Of a stretch of DNA of 64,000 nucleotides, positions 58,579 to 64,000 are shown piece after piece; the first letter of the stretch is position 1; every line of letters begins with the position of its first letter. Source of the stretch: an uncultured cyanobacterium (GTDB lineage: Bacteria; Cyanobacteriota; Cyanobacteriia; Cyanobacteriales; CAWCAG01); the NCBI GenBank assembly GCA_963803805.1, contig CAWDOD010000007.1, positions 192,001 through 256,000 on the forward strand. The letters run 5' to 3'. Under the pieces are notes generated by a model. The model was not told the origin of the DNA, made no database searches, and saw only the letters and a list, made by a program, of their open reading frames with translations. A program made the position numbers and the translations under genes.

Positions 58579-61500
58579 ATGATTCCCCTGCAACTCACCT
58601 TAAAAAACTTCCTTAGCTATCGCGAAGCAACTCTCGACTTTCGGGGATTGCATACAGCTTGTATTTGTGGTGCAAATGGTGCTGGGAAATCTTCTTTATT
58701 AGAAGCAATTACTTGGGCTGTTTGGGGTCAAAGCCGTACTGCTAGCGAAGATGACACTATTAACGCTGGGGCAAAAGATGTACGGGTGGATTTTACCTTC
58801 ATTTCTAACCAACAAACCTATCGGGTAATTCGTTCTCGTACAAGGGGCAGGAGTGCTTCTCTTGATTTTCAGGTAGAGAGTAAAAACGGGTTCCGTTCCT
58901 TAAACGCGAAGGGAATGCGAGCAACCCAGCAAGAAATTATTGCCCATTTAAAATTAGACTACGATACTTTTGTGAACTCTGCCTATTTACGTCAGGGAAG
59001 GGCGGATGAGTTTATGTTACGTCGTCCTAGTGAAAGAAAGCAAATTTTAGCAGATTTGTTGAAATTAGATCGCTATGAAGAGTTAGCAGAACAGGCAAAG
59101 AGTTTTTCTAAACAACTGAAAGGACAAGCAGAACAATTACAACAAAGTTTACAACCTCTCCAGGAACAGTTGGGAGAAAAGGCCGCTTTAGTTGAGGAAA
59201 AGACTAAGATTACTCAACAAATCAAGCAACTGGAACAATTGCAAGAAGGTGATCGCGAAAAATTGCAGCAATTAGCAAAGTTGCAAAATCAGAGGCAAAC
59301 TTGGCAACAGCAGCTTAATTGGCAACAAACCCAGTATCAAAATGTCTCCCAAGACTGCGATCGCGCTGTTCAAGAAAGAGAAGCTTTACAAGGGCAGATA
59401 CAGAGTTTACAAGGGTTATTAGGTCAAGAAGAGGAGATTAAACAAGGTTATCAACAGCTTTTACAACTACAAAAAGAAGAAGAACTTTTTAGTGGCAAGT
59501 TCCAAGTTTATCAAGATGCCCAACAAAAAAAGCAGCAGTTGAATCAGGAGTTGGCACAACAAACCAATCAGCTAAACCTACAACTTAGTCAGTATGAAAC
59601 AAAATTAGAAACCTTACTGCAACAGGAACGAGAATTGCAAGAAGTTCTCAGCCGTAGTCAGGAAGTCGCTGTTGCGTTAACACAATTACATAAATGCCGG
59701 CAGCGTCTAGGAGAACTCGATGAGTTGCAACTTCAGGTTTCTCCTTTAGTACAAAGGCGCAATAACTTACAAATGGAATTGGAACGGGTAGAGGCAAGGT
59801 TAAATGCTAGATTAGAACAGTTAAGTAATTTGCGGGGAGAACTTCAGGTTCAAGTTAATCAAGTTCCCCAAACACAGCAACAGATTCTGACAGTAGAAGA
59901 AGAAATTAAGCAGTTAGAGAATAAAAAGATTCGTCAGCAAAGGGTTGAGGAAAAGGGAAATGATCAAAAAAGTTTTCAAGAACGTCTCCAAGAACAGCAA
60001 CGCCTCTTGCAAAGGAACTTAGGAGAGTTACAACAAAAGTTGGAGATGCTACAAACTCCAGGGGCAGTTTGCCCTTTATGTGAACAAGGTTTAGATGAGC
60101 ATTATCGCCAGCGAGTAGTAAGCAAAACCGAAGCACAACAGCAAGAAATTCAGGACAAATGTTGGGTGTTGCGGGAACAAATGGCTACCTGTGAGAGGGA
60201 ATTACAAGGCTTACGGGTAGAGTATGCACAGTTAAGAAAGGAGATGTCCCCCTACAACAATTTATTACAACAAAGGGGGCAATTGGAAGCGCAGTTAGAA
60301 AATACCGGAGGAGTACAGCAGAGACTATTAGCCATCAATACTGAAACAGCAGAGATTGAACGTTCCTTAGCCGTGGGGAATTATGCTTTAGAGTTGCACG
60401 CTGAGTTAGAGAATTTGCAACAAAAAATAACCTCCCTCAATTACGACGAACAAACCCACGCTTTAGCAAGGGGAGAGGTAGAAAATTATCGCTGGGCGGA
60501 AATTAGACAGGCTAAGTTAGAGGATGCAGGGAAAAGGCAAGGGCAGTTACAAATTCAAAAGCCCCAACTAGAGGCACAAATAGTTAGGAGTAAAAGGGCT
60601 ATTGAGGAATTGCATCAAACTTCCCCATTGCAACAGGAAATTGAACGGGTGGAAGAGTATATTCGGGAGTTAGGTTATGAGAGATCGCGCCATAACCAAA
60701 TCGTCACTGCTGTGAGGGAAGCTAATTCCTGGCAACTACGCTACCAACAACTCCAGCAGGCACAACAGCAATATCCCCAATTAGAAGCCCAATCACAACA
60801 ACTTCAACAACGTCTAGAACAACGTTTGCAAGACCGAGAAACTGTAGCAAAGCAGTTGAAAGATTTGCAAGAGCAAATGTCTCAAAACCCCGATTATAGC
60901 CAAGAGATACAGGTATTGCAACAACAAGTTCTCCAAGTCAGAAGAAGACAATTAGATCAGCTTTTAGCACAACAAGGAAGCTATGAACAAAGATTGATTC
61001 AAATAGATAATTTAGCCCAACAATTTCAAGAGACACAAAACAAGTTAGAAGAGATTAAAAAACAATATCGCGTTTATCAAGAACTTGCCCAAGCGTTCGG
61101 TAAAAAAGGTATTCAAGCTTTAATGATTGAGAACATTTTACCACAATTAGAAGCCCAAACCAACCAAATTTTAGCACGTTTAACGGGAAATCAATTACAC
61201 GTTCAATTTTTAACCCAAAGAGCATCTAAAAGTAGTAAATCGAAACGGAAAGCCACCAAACTAATTGATACTTTAGATATATTAATTGCTGATGCTAGGG
61301 GAACTCGTCCCTATGAAACCTATTCCGGTGGCGAAGGGTTTCGCATTAACTTTGCTATCCGTTTAGCCTTAGCAAGATTACTCGCACAAAGGGCAGGAAC
61401 TTCTTTACAGATGCTAATTATCGATGAAGGTTTTGGTACTCAAGATGCGGAAGGATGCGAAAGATTAATCGCTGCAATTAATGCGATCGCGGCTGATTTT

Positions 61501-61608
61501 TCTTGTATTTTAACTGTTACCCATATGCCTCAATTCAAAGAAGCTTTTCAAAATCGCATTGAGGTAAGTAAGAATAATCAAGGTTCTCAAATATTGCTTT
61601 CAAGTTAG
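58579..61608 (+). CDS. sbcC: SbcC/Rad50-type SMC nuclease ATPase subunit
   Basis: GANGAGKS, Zn-hook CPLC, long coiled coils, YSGGE, IIDEGFG. Confidence 0.93.
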   Translation: MIPLQLTLKNFLSYREATLDFRGLHTACICGANGAGKSSLLEAITWAVWGQSRTASEDDTINAGAKDVRVDFTFISNQQTYRVIRSRTRGRSASLDFQVESKNGFRSLNAKGMRATQQEIIAHLKLDYDTFVNSAYLRQGRADEFMLRRPSERKQILADLLKLDRYEELAEQAKSFSKQLKGQAEQLQQSLQPLQEQLGEKAALVEEKTKITQQIKQLEQLQEGDREKLQQLAKLQNQRQTWQQQLNWQQTQYQNVSQDCDRAVQEREALQGQIQSLQGLLGQEEEIKQGYQQLLQLQKEEELFSGKFQVYQDAQQKKQQLNQELAQQTNQLNLQLSQYETKLETLLQQERELQEVLSRSQEVAVALTQLHKCRQRLGELDELQLQVSPLVQRRNNLQMELERVEARLNARLEQLSNLRGELQVQVNQVPQTQQQILTVEEEIKQLENKKIRQQRVEEKGNDQKSFQERLQEQQRLLQRNLGELQQKLEMLQTPGAVCPLCEQGLDEHYRQRVVSKTEAQQQEIQDKCWVLREQMATCERELQGLRVEYAQLRKEMSPYNNLLQQRGQLEAQLENTGGVQQRLLAINTETAEIERSLAVGNYALELHAELENLQQKITSLNYDEQTHALARGEVENYRWAEIRQAKLEDAGKRQGQLQIQKPQLEAQIVRSKRAIEELHQTSPLQQEIERVEEYIRELGYERSRHNQIVTAVREANSWQLRYQQLQQAQQQYPQLEAQSQQLQQRLEQRLQDRETVAKQLKDLQEQMSQNPDYSQEIQVLQQQVLQVRRRQLDQLLAQQGSYEQRLIQIDNLAQQFQETQNKLEEIKKQYRVYQELAQAFGKKGIQALMIENILPQLEAQTNQILARLTGNQLHVQFLTQRASKSSKSKRKATKLIDTLDILIADARGTRPYETYSGGEGFRINFAIRLALARLLAQRAGTSLQMLIIDEGFGTQDAEGCERLIAAINAIAADFSCILTVTHMPQFKEAFQNRIEVSKNNQGSQILLSS

Positions 61609-61925
61609 ACGGACACGTTGTAAACCAAAGTTGTTAATTAAGTACCTTAAATTAATTTACAGATTTGGAGGTTTACTTTACCAGTGTTGATTTTCACTGC
61701 CCGATTTCTTTAATTTATGAAGATGTTGTCTTTCCTCAAAATAGTCTAGAGGAATGATGCTAGAGCAATCCAATACAATTTAATCAATAAAAGATTACGG
61801 GCGATCGCAATAATATTCAGCAGCACAACCCCACACAATTTGACCGAAAAACTTTGGTTTCAAGCCTCCCCTTTCCATTGATATAGTATAAGCTGAGACG
61901 CAAATTATACTAAGGAAACCTGGTA

Positions 61926-62288
61926 ATGTCTACTAAAATAGCTGCTATAGAAGGGGCTGATGGTGAAACTATTTATATTGAATATGATGAAGAAGATACT
62001 GAAGCTTTAGAAGCTGCTGACGATGGCGGATTACAAGCAGTTGGTTATATTGACGATATCAAAGAGCGCACAGAAAAGTTTAAAACAGTGTTGCAAAGCA
62101 CAATTAAAGGTTACTCTACTATGGTGTTGAGTACTGTCAAAGAATCCATGCAAGATAAGCTTCAGCCTAGTAAAGTTAGTATGGAATTTGGTATTCAAGC
62201 TGGGGGAGAAACGGGGGTTCCTTTTGTTACGAAAGGCACAGCTCAAGCTAATATTAAGGTGACGATTGAGTGGGAAATTCAGAAGTAG
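61926..62288 (+). CDS. Trypco1 / CU044_2847-like small protein (trypsin-co-occurring domain)
   Basis: IYIE N-terminus and PSKVSMEFGIQAGGETGVPFVTKGTAQANIKVTIEW C-terminus; a trypsin gene lies 800 nt downstream. Confidence 0.75.
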   Translation: MSTKIAAIEGADGETIYIEYDEEDTEALEAADDGGLQAVGYIDDIKERTEKFKTVLQSTIKGYSTMVLSTVKESMQDKLQPSKVSMEFGIQAGGETGVPFVTKGTAQANIKVTIEWEIQK

Positions 62289-62301
62289 GGAGATAGGGTT
62301 C

Positions 62302-62925
62302 TTATGCGATTGTACTAAGGCGTTTGAGAATTTTTAGGACGCTGTACAGTTCGTTGGTTTGGTTACTGAGAGAAAATTTATCTGCCAAGGAGTATTGGGG
62401 ATTATTTGCCCTGACTAATTTGATAAAGCTGAAGTCAGCGCCGTTGGTAATCATGCCGAAGGTTGAGGTATTTTTATTCGGATCTGCCAACATATAGGTG
62501 AGGATTTGAGCAATACCTTTCTCTAAGGAGAAATCTAATTGCTTTGATTCAATAACTGTCACCCAAAGGTTATTTTCCAAAACTAAAATATCAATCCTGC
62601 TATTAATTTTGACTCCTTCATCTTCGTCGCTTATTTCTATTGATTTTTCACACTTAATCTGAAAAGGAGAAAGGTAAAAACCAGCAACGAATAAAAGAGG
62701 GCTGATGATAGTTAATTTGACCACATTTTCTAGGACAGGGGGATGGTCAACTAAATTAAAGTAGCTTTCTCTAATCCTGTCTAATTGCAGGGTTTCCATT
62801 TCCGTTAACTCTGGTAAATCTGTTTGCCATTCCCTGAAAAAATTGGGATCACGGACACGTTGTAAACCAAAGTTATCGATTAGGTATCTTAAATTAATTT
62901 GTTGTACTGGAGTTGAAATAACCAT
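62302..62925 (-). CDS. HsdR_N-like PD-(D/E)XK restriction-endonuclease-fold protein
   Basis: RIDILV...VIESK...AQILTYM...GMITNG motif set. Confidence 0.75.
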   Translation of the reverse strand: MVISTPVQQINLRYLIDNFGLQRVRDPNFFREWQTDLPELTEMETLQLDRIRESYFNLVDHPPVLENVVKLTIISPLLFVAGFYLSPFQIKCEKSIEISDEDEGVKINSRIDILVLENNLWVTVIESKQLDFSLEKGIAQILTYMLADPNKNTSTFGMITNGADFSFIKLVRANNPQYSLADKFSLSNQTNELYSVLKILKRLSTIA

Positions 62926-63087
62926 GTGATTAAGTTTTGGGTGTTAAGTTCTGGATGATACCTCATAATTTGAATATAATCGATTTCTCAAACAGCAATA
63001 TCTCCAACACAGCCGAAGGAGAATAGTATCATCTTAACCAGAAAATAGACGTAAATAAGTTACACACAGCCTATAATCTTTTAACAG

Positions 63088-64000
63088 ATGGTTATTCATA
63101 CAATTGATAGGTTACGGAAATCCACAGTTAAAATTCTTCATCCTGGCAAAGAAAAAGTAGCAGGTTCAGGTTTTTTTATTCGTAATGATGGTTATTTGAT
63201 TACTTGTCATCATGTCATTTTTCATTTACCTGAATTAAAAGTAGAGTATCAAGGGCAAGAATACCAAGCCCAATGGTGTGCAGAATATTCTCGTCCAGAG
63301 GTTGATATTGCGGTGTTGAAAATTGCCGTGAAGGATGCCCCAGCCGTTAAGATTATTAATCCTTCCCAGTTAAACAAGCCTGTTACGGTTTATGGTTTTC
63401 CTGGTAAAAAAGAGAAAAACTTTCCCCAAGGTTTCGATTTTGTAGCTTCAAATATTGCCCCTAGTGCGCCCATTAATACCCTTTCCACTTTTCGAGATTG
63501 GAAAATCAAAACGGCTCATCCTTGGAATCAATTACCATCAGAAACTGCCTTTTTTCATTCCCACAGAATTAACGCCACTGTAGATCCAGGAACTAGCGGT
63601 GGTCAGGTTTTCGTTCCAGATTTAGGGGGAGTGGTAGGAGTTATTCAGTGTAGTAAAAGTGATGAAAGTTATGTGATTCGCTGGGATAATATTCTTGATA
63701 TTCTTGATAAGTTAGGTTTAGAACCCCAGAAGCAAGCTGTTTATCAGTTTCTTGGGGAGATTGTAGAGATTGTAGAGCAATATCAATATCTAAAACTATT
63801 CCACACCCGAAATAGAATAATTCTCAAAGAGCAGTATATCCCCATTCAAGTCACCTTAGAAAGAAGATATCGCCACGAGGTTGAAACTACTTGGGGTTAT
63901 AGCGAGTCGGAAGCGGAGTTGAAAAAAGCCTACTCCCTAAAAGGAATGGTTGAGGAAACGAAGAAAACTCAAGTTAACTGGGCAGAAGCGAAAAAAAGCC
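63088..64000 (+). CDS. Trypsin-like serine protease fused to a probable NACHT/STAND NTPase, truncated by the window end
   Basis: Manual translation from ATG 63088: GSGFFI, TCHHV (His), VDIAVL (Asp), DPGTSGG (Ser), then LKLFH...LKEQYIPIQVTLER, typical of pre-NACHT segments. Frame open to 64000. Confidence 0.85.
   Translation, partial: MVIHTIDRLRKSTVKILHPGKEKVAGSGFFIRNDGYLITCHHVIFHLPELKVEYQGQEYQAQWCAEYSRPEVDIAVLKIAVKDAPAVKIINPSQLNKPVTVYGFPGKKEKNFPQGFDFVASNIAPSAPINTLSTFRDWKIKTAHPWNQLPSETAFFHSHRINATVDPGTSGGQVFVPDLGGVVGVIQCSKSDESYVIRWDNILDILDKLGLEPQKQAVYQFLGEIVEIVEQYQYLKLFHTRNRIILKEQYIPIQVTLERRYRHEVETTWGYSESEAELKKAYSLKGMVEETKKTQVNWAEAKKS

Noticed and set aside
3034-62246. Many short ORFs nested in or antisense to long genes (e.g. 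3034-3354, 4597-5016, 7303-7545, 13345-13647, 33015-33290, 42657-42995, 47860-48168, 59906-60136)
   Set aside because: Shadow frames of well-supported genes with no independent motifs.
1-64000. tRNA, rRNA or prophage genes
   Set aside because: No cloverleaf or rRNA-like segments and no phage structural or integrase genes recognised. The amidase/CHAP domains are part of a chromosomal multidomain protein.

Overview
Cyanobacterial chromosomal window: about 40 HIP1 GCGATCGC sites by manual count, plus gifA, flv3, COP23, an NtcA site and an Anabaena-type LexA box. The first ~21 kb is an accessory surface/export island. It holds a TPR-CHAT protease, a TpsB/TpsA pair, a PEP-CTERM protein and a RAYT transposase with its REP elements. 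It also holds a candidate undescribed export system: a 1266-aa cargo (short N-terminal FILEPILTPSG leader, DUF4114-like, subtilisin S8, amidase, SH3b, CHAP) divergent from an operon of a GT4 glycosyltransferase, an M50 intramembrane peptidase with two PqqD/RRE-like domains and an HlyD-type adaptor, with no ABC ATPase. Four genes or operons of the island share an upstream motif TGTAA(A/C)-N15-GCATAA-N18/19-GAGAA, which suggests one regulon. The rest is mostly housekeeping (recQ, ribBA, argC, murG, ybaK, dusB, lexA, argF, cysH, gltS, gifA, rsmB, flv3, sbcC). It also contains a type I secretion locus with two near-identical Pmp-like/RTX substrates, an intact IS1634-like element, several MITE/REP-like repeats and, at the right edge, a Trypco + trypsin(-NACHT?) module. 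Five genes carry single-base frameshifts that are probably sequencing errors. Family assignments come from motif recognition only; no searches were run.
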